Shown piece by piece: positions 38,101-45,963 of a DNA stretch of 49,252 bases. How positions within the stretch are numbered: the first letter of the stretch is position 1; every line of letters starts with the position of its first letter. The DNA lies in the IMG/VR virus record IMGVR_UViG_3300020414_002994, positions 1 through 49,252 of that record. One strand, 5' to 3'. The stretch comes from a virus (taxonomy: Duplodnaviria > Caudoviricetes). The translations under genes and the position numbers were made by a program. The notes beneath the pieces were generated by a model. It saw nothing but the letters and a program-made list of their open reading frames with translations, searched no databases and was not told the origin of the DNA.

Positions 38101-38324
38101 TTAATGTATCATCTCTCCCTAAGACAAATATGTTAATGATTGATGAAGGATTTGGTGCGCTGGATGAAACAAACTTAGAAGCATGCGGAAAACTACTGCA
38201 GTCACTTAAGAAGTGGTTTAAGAATATTATTGTTATATCACATATTGATGAAATTAAAGACATTGTCGACAATAATATTGACATTTTAAGAAAAGGAGTC
38301 GACTCATATGTCTACCAGCCGTAA
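35193..38324 (+). CDS. Fused Mre11/SbcD nuclease - Rad50/SbcC ATPase (T4 gp47-gp46 equivalent), 1043 aa
   Basis: Metallophosphoesterase motifs 'ADIH', 'GGDIVH', 'GNHD' and 'LGDIH'. Then Walker A 'GRNARGKSS', Q-loop 'SQG', coiled coil, signature 'GSGMEK', Walker B/D-loop 'MIDEGFGALD' and H-loop 'ISH'. Confidence 0.92.
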   Translation: MKILHIADIHWRGLSRHQEYVLAFKDLFRQAEELQPDIIYVGGDIVHSKTQGISPELIQNLCWWFNGLAKIAPTHVILGNHDGLILNRDRQDAITPIIEALDNPRIHLYKKSGTYEFAPGFEWCVLSCFDEENFFKAKPTKDNISIALYHGAVRGSLTDVDWQLEGESTLDLFKSYDFAMLGDIHKRQFLNKKETIAYSGSTIQQNFGEDNEKGFLLWDIKDADTFTCQFYPVENRYHFVTVDWQGTVQRTYNKCKEYPNLSRFRIRADNYISQADARRLQKILTKQKAASEVVFKVESKFDSDTIQTRSGKTMSIDLRSPDKHKELIREYYKSNNLTDADLSKLDDLVDRSLSEIAQSDRDLRNVRWSINSLKFDNCFSYKDGNYINFENMPGITGIFGRNARGKSSIIGTIAYALFNTSDRGAIKNIHLINTRKNHCKAELDISINNVPYRIIRQTVKKQTKKNVWAPTTLKFYRLDKSGDVIEDLTEEQRRETEKIIRGMIGSSEEFLMTSLSSQGDMNNFIKEKASARKAILANFLDLTVFDGMNEFSKKESAALKQQAQTLNKGDWNKQINIKAASIKNIEALISEEESKLTLLKEDYEAYVKDLHSNVKHDYITQLQVSVAQSKWKNSLKSLEDITLTRDKLKDEIFETDQKISKVDLFLSNINPDEIREKRDAQKEIENLLSSMQSDLKYERKELSFIEKSVEKLKEVPCGDQFPKCKFIKESHSNKRKLEKQRDKVTALKVKVDDLKSAFRKLGRKNYSEELDKYNAILQRKSELVTSISSIKIKIKGHEKDIDNLKPKITSLEKEYLDLKERFDNQDTDDAHTLIERRIKQTNELIESSDNNRTSLITKLAKEKAEKSVLTKQKREYEKISKSLRIYDLFSQATSNKGIPVQIIHAMLPQINAEISKILKGVVGFTVDLEADLDSNTMDIFINYGDSKRIIELGSGMEKMMASLAIRVALINVSSLPKTNMLMIDEGFGALDETNLEACGKLLQSLKKWFKNIIVISHIDEIKDIVDNNIDILRKGVDSYVYQP

Positions 38325-38568
38325 AATCAAAGTTATTGGAGAAGTAAAAAAAGAAAATTTTTACTGCACAGTCTGTGATTATCCGCTTATTACAAAAAAA
38401 GACTTTGAGTCTAACGAATTGTATGAGTGCTGCAATGAATGCTTCTTACAATTCGCTGAGTCTAGAAGAAAAGAGTGGAAAAATGGGTGGAGACCAAATA
38501 AAACTGATGTTAGAAGTTATATATCTATAAGAAGAAAACTTTATAGAAAAAATAGTAAGGAGAAATAA
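38308..38568 (+). CDS. Small putative zinc-finger protein, 86 aa
   Basis: 'CTVC...CCNEC' and an AGGAG RBS inside the upstream gene. Overlaps it by 17 nt. Confidence 0.7.
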   Translation: MSTSRKIKVIGEVKKENFYCTVCDYPLITKKDFESNELYECCNECFLQFAESRRKEWKNGWRPNKTDVRSYISIRRKLYRKNSKEK

Positions 38569-38569
38569 T

Positions 38570-38989
38570 ATGTCACTTAGCTTCGAAGAAGTAAATACTT
38601 TAGGAAATTTAATTAATGATACATTTGGAAAAAGCTCAACCACAAGCCCTTATCCGTCTAGATTAGGTAAATATGATGAATCAACTGTTGCAACAAAATC
38701 GTCTTTACAAGGAGACCAACTGTGTGTGACGTCATTGTGTATCAAGAATTTAGGCCCGCACGGTTATCAACACCAAGTAATATCTGACACCGAAGGGGAG
38801 CTAGACCAAAGAATAAATAAATACATGTCTGAATTAAAAAAAGATTTTAAAAAGAAAGAGAACGCTGGACGTGCTTTAAAGACAAAAGAAGATAAAAACA
38901 AAAGATCTACAGATGTTCAGATGATTAATCACTATGCAGAGACACGTCAAGCTTACATTTTTAGAAGAGCTTATTTCGAGGTCAGTTAA
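38570..38989 (+). CDS. Hypothetical protein immediately upstream of TerL, 139 aa
   Basis: AAGGAG RBS. Its stop overlaps the TerL start (TAATG). Confidence 0.75.
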   Translation: MSLSFEEVNTLGNLINDTFGKSSTTSPYPSRLGKYDESTVATKSSLQGDQLCVTSLCIKNLGPHGYQHQVISDTEGELDQRINKYMSELKKDFKKKENAGRALKTKEDKNKRSTDVQMINHYAETRQAYIFRRAYFEVS

Positions 38990-40614
38990 TGGCTAAAATC
39001 ACCAAAAAAGCGCAAATTGCTGAGATCATTAAGTGTGGTAAAGATCCTAATTATTTCTTCAAAAGTTATGTAAAGATACAACACCCTACAAGAGGGCTTA
39101 TTCCTTTTGAAATGTTTCCATTTCAAGAAGAATGTGTAGAGGACTTTAATGAACACAGATTCAATATTGTTCTTAAGTCTAGACAACTTGGCCTTTCTAC
39201 ACTAGTTGCTGCTTACTCTGTTTGGATGGCCATTTTTAAAAAAGAGAAAAATATTCTTATTATCGCAACTAAACTTAAAGTTGCACAAAACTTTATTATC
39301 AAAGTCAAGACCATGATTAAGTCTTTACCAAAGTGGCTTCTTCTACCTGACATTGTTTCAAACAATAAACAAGAGATAATGTTTAGTCACGGATCCCAAA
39401 TCAAAGCCATCCCAACCTCAGAAGACGCCGGTCGATCTGAGGCTCTCTCTTTATTAATTGTTGATGAGGCTGCTTTTGTAAGAAATTTTGACACAATTTG
39501 GACTGGTATATATCCTACGATTTCTACCGGGGGTAATGTTATTATCTTGTCTACACCAAACGGAGTCGGTGGTCAATATCATAAATTATACACAGAAGCT
39601 GAAGCGGGTGTTAATGAATTCAACCCTATAAAGATAATGTGGGATGCTCACCCAGAAAGAGGAGAAGATTGGTTTGCTAGAACAACAGCAAACATGTCAA
39701 AAAGACAGATCGCACAAGAATACCTTTGTGATTTTGCAATATCTGGTGAAACGTATTTAGACACAGTTACAATTGAGTGGCTTGGAAGTATTATTACACC
39801 TCCAAAGATGAGAGAAGGCCCAGATAACAACGTGTGGATCTGGAAGCAGCCACTAACAGAAAACGAATACGTAATCTCGGCTGACGTTGCAAGAGGTGAT
39901 GCTAAAGACTATTCTACTTTTCACATAATAGACGTATCTAATTCTGAAGTAGTTGCTGAGTATAAGGGAAAAATTAGACCGGATAAATTTGCCGAGCTCA
40001 TTAATGAATACGGAATGAAGTACAACAAAGCTTTGGTCTGTCCGGAAAATAACAGCTATGGGTATGCAACAATCCTCAAGCTTCAAGAATTAAACTACCC
40101 TAGACTTTACTATAGAAGACGAAAAGGTGTTTATATCGGGGGCTATGTACCTCAACAAACACCAGATGTAGCTGGATTCAATACTAACGGCAAGACTAGA
40201 GGGACTATATTGACAAAACTCGAAGAAGTTTTAAGAAATAAGCAACTTGCTGTATACTCTAGTAGGTTCTACGAGGAATTAAAAGTGTTTGCAGTCAATT
40301 CTAATGGGAAAGCATCAGCGAGAAGAGGTTACAACGACGATCTAGTCATGAGTTTAGCAATCGGAACTTGGCTTTTTGATGCATCATCTGATTATAGTAA
40401 AAATACAAAAGCTCTGAACGACGCGATGCTTAGTGCAATGAGTAGAAAAGCAACGCCATACAGTGACACCCCTGAAGCTGCGACAACACCGGTTAATATC
40501 TTCTCTAGAGGAAGTATAAGTAATCAAAATAGAGAATCTGGGCCAAAAAGTAATGAGTACTCTACGACAGCAAAAAACAGAATAAATATTAAAGATAACA
40601 GTTGGTTATTATAG
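38989..40614 (+). CDS. Terminase large subunit (T4 gp17-like)
   Basis: 'KCGKDPNYF', Q-motif 'FPFQ', Walker A 'KSRQLGLST', Walker B 'LIVDEAAF', coupling motif 'STPNG', and nuclease residues 'ISADVARG..D' and 'DDLVMS'. Confidence 0.95.
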   Translation: MAKITKKAQIAEIIKCGKDPNYFFKSYVKIQHPTRGLIPFEMFPFQEECVEDFNEHRFNIVLKSRQLGLSTLVAAYSVWMAIFKKEKNILIIATKLKVAQNFIIKVKTMIKSLPKWLLLPDIVSNNKQEIMFSHGSQIKAIPTSEDAGRSEALSLLIVDEAAFVRNFDTIWTGIYPTISTGGNVIILSTPNGVGGQYHKLYTEAEAGVNEFNPIKIMWDAHPERGEDWFARTTANMSKRQIAQEYLCDFAISGETYLDTVTIEWLGSIITPPKMREGPDNNVWIWKQPLTENEYVISADVARGDAKDYSTFHIIDVSNSEVVAEYKGKIRPDKFAELINEYGMKYNKALVCPENNSYGYATILKLQELNYPRLYYRRRKGVYIGGYVPQQTPDVAGFNTNGKTRGTILTKLEEVLRNKQLAVYSSRFYEELKVFAVNSNGKASARRGYNDDLVMSLAIGTWLFDASSDYSKNTKALNDAMLSAMSRKATPYSDTPEAATTPVNIFSRGSISNQNRESGPKSNEYSTTAKNRINIKDNSWLL

Positions 40615-40623
40615 AGGTAATAA

Positions 40624-42576
40624 ATGGCACAAAATAATTCAAGAAATCTTTTTCAAAGGTTGACCAGGCTCTTTAGAAGCGGCCCGGTTGTTAAAAGAAG
40701 TGTACTTAAAGATAACGATAAGGGTTATACAGCTTCTGCTTTTGAATCATTTAGGAAAAATCAATCACAAGTTTACAGCAACGCAATGTCTGCTTACGGA
40801 ACTTATGATAGAATGGCGCGCTACTCTGATTTTTCGGAAATGGAATACACACCAGAAATTGCTAGTGCACTTGACATATACTCAGAAGAGTCAGTATCTG
40901 CTGATGAGAGCGGTAAAACTTTGCACATATATTCTGATAATTCAAAAATACAGCAGCTCTTAAAAGAGTTGTTTTATGACACTCTTAACGTAGAATTTAA
41001 CATGTCATCTTGGGTTAGAAACTTAGTAAAGTACGGTGATTGTTTTCTCTTTAATGACGTTCACCCTAAACACGGCGTGATAAATGCGTATCCCTTACCA
41101 ATATCAGAAATTGAGCGAGAAGAAGGTTTTGATCCTAATGATCCAATGGCAGTTCGCTTTAGATGGGTGACTCAAGGAAATCAAGTTTTAGAAAACTGGC
41201 AAGTCTCTCATATGCGTCTACTTGGGAACGATGCTTTTTTACCGTACGGATCGTCTGTTCTTGAACCTGCCAGAAGAATCTGGCGTCAGATGATTTTATT
41301 AGAAGACGCAATGTTAGTTCATAGAATTGTAAGGGCTCCGGATAGGAGAGTTTTCTATATTGACGTAGGTAATGTCCCACCTGAAGAAGTTGCAAATTAT
41401 ATGGAACAGGCACAGTCTTCTTTAAAAAGATCATCTATTGTTGACAAGTCTAATGGTCGAGTAGATTTAAGATATAACCCACTCTCAATTGATGAGGATT
41501 ATTTTATACCTGTTCGTGGTGGAGACAGTGGGACAAAAATAGACAGTGTGACCGGTCAGACAATCGCAGGTGAGACAAACGACGTCGAGTATATTCAGAA
41601 AAAACTTTTTGCAGCACTTAAAATTCCTAAAGCTTATTTAGGCTACGATGAAGGTTTAGGTGCAAAGGCGACACTTTCTCAAGAAGACATCAGATTTAGT
41701 AGGACAATTGCCAGAATACAGAGGACCATACTCTCAGAAATGAACAAGATCGCAATCGTGCATCTTTATTGCAATGGTTACTCGTCAGAAGACTTGTTAG
41801 ATTTTAAATTGATGCTGTCAAATCCTTCCACGATAGCACAACAACAAAAACTAGAACTTTACAATACTAAATTCACGACAGCAGGTACCGCGCTTCAAAC
41901 TGCTGGTTTAGTTGATAGAACTTGGGTCCAAAAAAATATTTTAAGACTCACAGATGATGAAATTAAGTCTATCCAAAAAGGTATGAAACAAGATAAAGTT
42001 ACTGATTTAGAGATAGAAGCAACGCAGTTATCAGCTCCAGACGGTCCTGAAAATCCTGCTGCAGGGTTACCACAGTTTGATGGTGGTAATGTAGAGTTAG
42101 GCGCCGGCGGAGGAATTGATCTGGGCGCTTTATCTGAACAGCAGTCTATTAATGACGAAGAATACCCAATCAAAGTACAGAAACTCATTGAACTGAGCTT
42201 AGATGAGTTAGATGAAAAATCCAAAATAAAAAAAGATCGGCGCGGTGAAAATAAAAACTCATTTGCAACAGGTACAAACAATTCTATGAAAGTTAGAAAA
42301 AGAGATGATCCTGCTAATGCTGGTATGGATGAATTAGAATATGAGTTAAATTCAGTTATAAAGCCGGAAAAGCCACCAAATGCTAAAGACTTGCTAGAAG
42401 AAGATGCATTTAACATCGATGACTTTCTTAATAAGCAAATATCAGTTAATGCAAAAATGAATGATAGAATTAAATCGACTTTACAACGTTTTGATAATAC
42501 TTATGGTAAACAAGTAAATACCAATATAATTATTTCTGAGAATAATTCTTCAGGAGAGGATGATAATGAAACATAA
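40624..42576 (+). CDS. Portal protein (T4 gp20-like) with long C-terminal extension, 650 aa
   Basis: 'PEIASALD', 'LLEDAMLVHRIVRAPDRRVFYIDVGNVP', 'EDYFIPVRG' and 'DVEYIQKKLFAALKIP' are gp20 signatures. Confidence 0.95.
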   Translation: MAQNNSRNLFQRLTRLFRSGPVVKRSVLKDNDKGYTASAFESFRKNQSQVYSNAMSAYGTYDRMARYSDFSEMEYTPEIASALDIYSEESVSADESGKTLHIYSDNSKIQQLLKELFYDTLNVEFNMSSWVRNLVKYGDCFLFNDVHPKHGVINAYPLPISEIEREEGFDPNDPMAVRFRWVTQGNQVLENWQVSHMRLLGNDAFLPYGSSVLEPARRIWRQMILLEDAMLVHRIVRAPDRRVFYIDVGNVPPEEVANYMEQAQSSLKRSSIVDKSNGRVDLRYNPLSIDEDYFIPVRGGDSGTKIDSVTGQTIAGETNDVEYIQKKLFAALKIPKAYLGYDEGLGAKATLSQEDIRFSRTIARIQRTILSEMNKIAIVHLYCNGYSSEDLLDFKLMLSNPSTIAQQQKLELYNTKFTTAGTALQTAGLVDRTWVQKNILRLTDDEIKSIQKGMKQDKVTDLEIEATQLSAPDGPENPAAGLPQFDGGNVELGAGGGIDLGALSEQQSINDEEYPIKVQKLIELSLDELDEKSKIKKDRRGENKNSFATGTNNSMKVRKRDDPANAGMDELEYELNSVIKPEKPPNAKDLLEEDAFNIDDFLNKQISVNAKMNDRIKSTLQRFDNTYGKQVNTNIIISENNSSGEDDNET

Positions 42577-43399
42577 CAAAAAAAGAAACGTAGGAATAAT
42601 ATACGAGCTTTTATTGAAGAATATTACTTCAAACTTGTTAGAAGGCAATAAAAAAGAAGCCAAGATAACAACAAAAATTATTGAAAAGCACTTTAGAAAG
42701 GGTACAGAACTGTATAAAGAATTCAGACTTTTTAATGCATTGTCAAAATCTCATGTGTCTAACACCCACGTTGTTGCTTCTATTCTTAATGAGGCAAAAG
42801 CAGCTAGCAGAAACCTTAATGAAAAAAAGTTAGAGAAAGAAAAATCTAATCTCTTGAAAGACATAAACTATAAAATCAATGATAAAGATTTCTATTACAA
42901 TAATATTCCAGACTATAGAGACCTAGGTCTAGTACAGTTAACTTTAAATGAGTGGCGAAAGAAAGATAGGGACATAAAAAAATTAGTTGATTTAGAAACA
43001 AGGTTAGGCGAACTATTGTTAAAAGAAAAATCTAGTAAAATAGACAGTCAGATCACGATGGAACACAGTGACAGACTAGTCTTGAAATTAATGACGGAAA
43101 AATTTAACAAAGAATACGGTCAGCAATTAAGCAATGATCAAAAAACAATCATAGAACATTACATTTTCAATCAAAAAAATCCAAGACAATTAGTAGAATT
43201 CTTTAAAAACAAAAAGAATCAAACACTGACTGCTTTAGAAGAATTTGAAGATAGAACAGATAACAAACACCTTTTATCGAAGCTAGATAATGTCAAAAAT
43301 AAAATAATTAGCTTGAATGAAAATAATGTCAATGATGAAAATATTGTGAAGTTTTTAACTTTAACAAAATTAATTAGTGAAATTAAAAAGGAGATTTAA
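42566..43399 (+). CDS. Hypothetical helical protein of the head module (MKHNKKRN start)
   Basis: Long ORF between portal and protease with a GGAGAGG RBS. ATG 42566 or 42560 are both possible starts. Confidence 0.75.
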   Translation: MKHNKKRNVGIIYELLLKNITSNLLEGNKKEAKITTKIIEKHFRKGTELYKEFRLFNALSKSHVSNTHVVASILNEAKAASRNLNEKKLEKEKSNLLKDINYKINDKDFYYNNIPDYRDLGLVQLTLNEWRKKDRDIKKLVDLETRLGELLLKEKSSKIDSQITMEHSDRLVLKLMTEKFNKEYGQQLSNDQKTIIEHYIFNQKNPRQLVEFFKNKKNQTLTALEEFEDRTDNKHLLSKLDNVKNKIISLNENNVNDENIVKFLTLTKLISEIKKEI

Positions 43400-44005
43400 A
43401 TGCCTGTAGATCAACTTAGCGTATTGAGAGAATGGACACCCATTCAGTGTTCAAAACAAATGATTAAAGAGTCACGAGAAAAATACGGCGGAAAAATTAT
43501 GCTATCCGGTATCATTCAAAGAGCAGACACATTAAATCAGAATGGTAGAGTTTACCCTAGAGCAATATTAGAGCGAGAAATAATGAATTATCAAAAATTA
43601 ATTCAAGAAAACAGAGCTCTAGGTGAGTGTGATCATCCTGATTCTTCTGTTATTGAACTTAAAAATGCATCCCATATTGTTAGAGAAGCTTATATGCAGG
43701 GCAACGACGTATACGGAAGAATAGAAATATTAGACACGCCTAGCGGTAAAATTATTCAGTCGTTGATAGAGAGCGGTGTAACTTTAGGAATTAGTTCACG
43801 AGGTGTAGGTTCAACTGTTGCCAAGGGTGGAAATCAATATGTGCAAGAAGATTTTCAGTTAATATGCTTTGATATGGTATCTGAACCTAGTACACCTGGA
43901 GCTTTTATGTTAAAAGAACATCGTGTTTTAAGAAAAGATTTGGACAAATTTTTTAACCAGACAGATAAAATAGATAGAATGTTTAACGACATATTGAGGT
44001 GGTGA
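43400..44005 (+). CDS. Prohead core protease (T4 gp21-like)
   Basis: 'NQNGRVYP', catalytic-type 'LGECDHP', 'SHIV', 'TPSGKI', 'GISSRGVGS' and 'FDMVSEPS'. Confidence 0.95.
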   Translation: MPVDQLSVLREWTPIQCSKQMIKESREKYGGKIMLSGIIQRADTLNQNGRVYPRAILEREIMNYQKLIQENRALGECDHPDSSVIELKNASHIVREAYMQGNDVYGRIEILDTPSGKIIQSLIESGVTLGISSRGVGSTVAKGGNQYVQEDFQLICFDMVSEPSTPGAFMLKEHRVLRKDLDKFFNQTDKIDRMFNDILRW

Positions 44006-44535
44006 TGAACAAAAAATTAAAAAGTAGAAACGTGATAAAAAGTCTTGTAAAAGAATGCTTGATAGAAATCTTGGCAGAAGGCCTGATCGGTAATAAACAG
44101 GCAACTGTTAGCGAAGCTAGAGAAATGAAAGGATCTTTGTACGAAGCAAACGAACGCTTAATAAAAGAAGAAAGAATTGACATGAATTCATCCACAGCAA
44201 AATCTCAACAATCATCTTCTAGAAGAAAATCTTACTTAGACAGTATCACAACAGGTGTTGACAAGGTGCGTAAAGAAAACGTTGCTAGTAACGCAATCAA
44301 AGAAAGAGTGAGTAGTTTAACAGACGACCCTATCATGGCAAACATTTTTGAAGATACAGCGATGACAACTCTGGTGGAGCAAAAACAAAACGGTAGGTCA
44401 ACGGGCCCTTCTGTATCCACGCAAGGAGATAAGGCAGCTAAGGTGGTTGATCAGTCACTCCCTGAGGATCTTTTTGGAGAATCAGCATCAAAATGGGCAA
44501 ATCTCGCTTTTGCGCCATCAATTAGAAAAAGTTAG
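44005..44535 (+). CDS. Hypothetical head-module protein
   Basis: TGATG overlap with the protease stop and a GAGGTG RBS. N-terminal helix 'IKSLVKECLIEILAEG'. Confidence 0.75.
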   Translation: MNKKLKSRNVIKSLVKECLIEILAEGLIGNKQATVSEAREMKGSLYEANERLIKEERIDMNSSTAKSQQSSSRRKSYLDSITTGVDKVRKENVASNAIKERVSSLTDDPIMANIFEDTAMTTLVEQKQNGRSTGPSVSTQGDKAAKVVDQSLPEDLFGESASKWANLAFAPSIRKS

Positions 44536-44582
44536 TTAAATATTTTTTTTCTTAATATTTATTAGTAAGCCGGGAGGAAATT

Positions 44583-44819
44583 TTGAGAAATGTAAAGAAA
44601 CTTACGCCTGATATTATTAAGCAGATAATAGCAGAAGAAAAAGAAAACGTTAAAGAATTTTTAACAAAAAAAATGTTGAAGGAAAATACTAAGCTTTTAA
44701 ACCAGTTAAGACTTTTAAAGAAGGTCAATAGTATTACGCCAAAAAGCCTTAAAGAAGAAAAAGATTTAAATACTCTTAAATTAAAATTAATTAAAAATAT
44801 TAAGAAAGGAAAGAAGTAA
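44583..44819 (+). CDS. Small basic helical protein with shared N-terminal motif, 78 aa
   Basis: TTG start with GGAGG RBS. Sequence 'KKLTPDIIKQIIAEE'. Its stop overlaps the next start. Confidence 0.7.
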   Translation: MRNVKKLTPDIIKQIIAEEKENVKEFLTKKMLKENTKLLNQLRLLKKVNSITPKSLKEEKDLNTLKLKLIKNIKKGKK

Positions 44820-45331
44820 TGCCTGAACAAAGACAGACAATTTTAAGTACAGCAACACCGCCAAATAAACCAAAGGGTGCAAGAAGAGATCAAAATATTA
44901 GAGCGTCTTTTCCATCTTCGCCTATCTATAATGGTGAATTGTCTGACGAAGAAAGAAAAAAAGCTTTCCAAGAATTAGTAATGACAGGTATTGTTTTAAA
45001 CGGAAAAGGTATTAATTCATATGACAGAGATTTTAAAGGAAATCCGCAGAACCCAGTTCCTAATTTAGAAGAAGTAGAAACAGGTGGTGGAGGTCTTCCG
45101 GCTTCACCATACGTTCCTAATCTTGCTTCACCCGGACCGGGCAGTGTAAATGCTGCGGATCAACCTGTTTACAATGGTGAATTACCGGATCCGGAATTAA
45201 ATGTTGAATTTGGAAGCGGTATGGGCGGTTTAGTTTCACCTCACGAAACGTCACCTAAAATAGCCAATCAGTCAGTTTTAAGAAATTACATATCAGGTCG
45301 ATCTTACAAGGGATCAGATGGCAAAGCGTAG
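44819..45331 (+). CDS. Pro/Gly-rich hypothetical protein, 170 aa
   Basis: TAATG-coupled ORF in the head module, likely largely disordered. Confidence 0.7.
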   Translation: MPEQRQTILSTATPPNKPKGARRDQNIRASFPSSPIYNGELSDEERKKAFQELVMTGIVLNGKGINSYDRDFKGNPQNPVPNLEEVETGGGGLPASPYVPNLASPGPGSVNAADQPVYNGELPDPELNVEFGSGMGGLVSPHETSPKIANQSVLRNYISGRSYKGSDGKA

Positions 45332-45923
45332 TAATTTATACGAAATATATTTCGGTCCAGCAGATTCAAAACTAGGGCACGGCTATGGGCAAATAAAAAA
45401 TGGACCATTAGGATCTCCGCGCATTATAGGTAGTAATTTTGGTATATACGATGAACCTGACCCTGTGCAATTAGAAGAGGACGAAGTAGAAGAAGTTGAT
45501 AAAGCACTGATAACGAAAGTAGACGGTAATATCCCCATGAAGGATCCGGGTGATGTAGCTAATCGGTTGAGTAGTTATACAGGCGCGTATACTAATTTAT
45601 CAGAATTTAGTGATCATACGACAACAGCAATGAAGGGTTCTAGTCCAAACCTTACATACAGAGGATCCCGAGGGCAAAAAGTTGCAAAGACATCGATGTC
45701 ATCAACAACCTACCCTAGACTTTATACTAGACCAAGAGTGGACATGTACGGGACGTATTATGGGACTTCTAGGGCGCCATTACCTCGTCATAACGAAGAT
45801 GATAACAATCCTATCTTTAGTTTAAACGATATTATTGCCAGCCATGAAAGAGCAATGATCAAGCACAACAACAGAGTTAAGAAACTTATTAATGAGATAA
45901 ATTATAATTTTTATGATATTTAA
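45318..45923 (+). CDS. Hypothetical protein, 201 aa
   Basis: Fills the gap before the scaffold gene, with a 14-nt overlap with the upstream gene. Confidence 0.7.
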   Translation: MAKRSNLYEIYFGPADSKLGHGYGQIKNGPLGSPRIIGSNFGIYDEPDPVQLEEDEVEEVDKALITKVDGNIPMKDPGDVANRLSSYTGAYTNLSEFSDHTTTAMKGSSPNLTYRGSRGQKVAKTSMSSTTYPRLYTRPRVDMYGTYYGTSRAPLPRHNEDDNNPIFSLNDIIASHERAMIKHNNRVKKLINEINYNFYDI

Positions 45924-45963
45924 GAAGTATCGTAATAATTAAATGCATACAGAGGTTTATTTT

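Noticed and set aside
39175-39201. TerL Walker A lacks the usual GKT lysine (KSRQLGLST), suggesting an inactive ATPase
   Set aside because: Deviant Walker A motifs with the Lys at the start of the loop are established in terminases (for example lambda gpA), and all other motifs are intact.
28617-40614. Inteins, introns or homing endonucleases in primase, Mre11-Rad50 or TerL
   Set aside because: Protein lengths and motif spacing are ordinary. No intein termini or LAGLIDADG/HNH/GIY-YIG motifs were seen.
44536-44562. T-run after the 44005-44535 gene as a rho-independent terminator
   Set aside because: No GC-rich stem precedes the T-tract.
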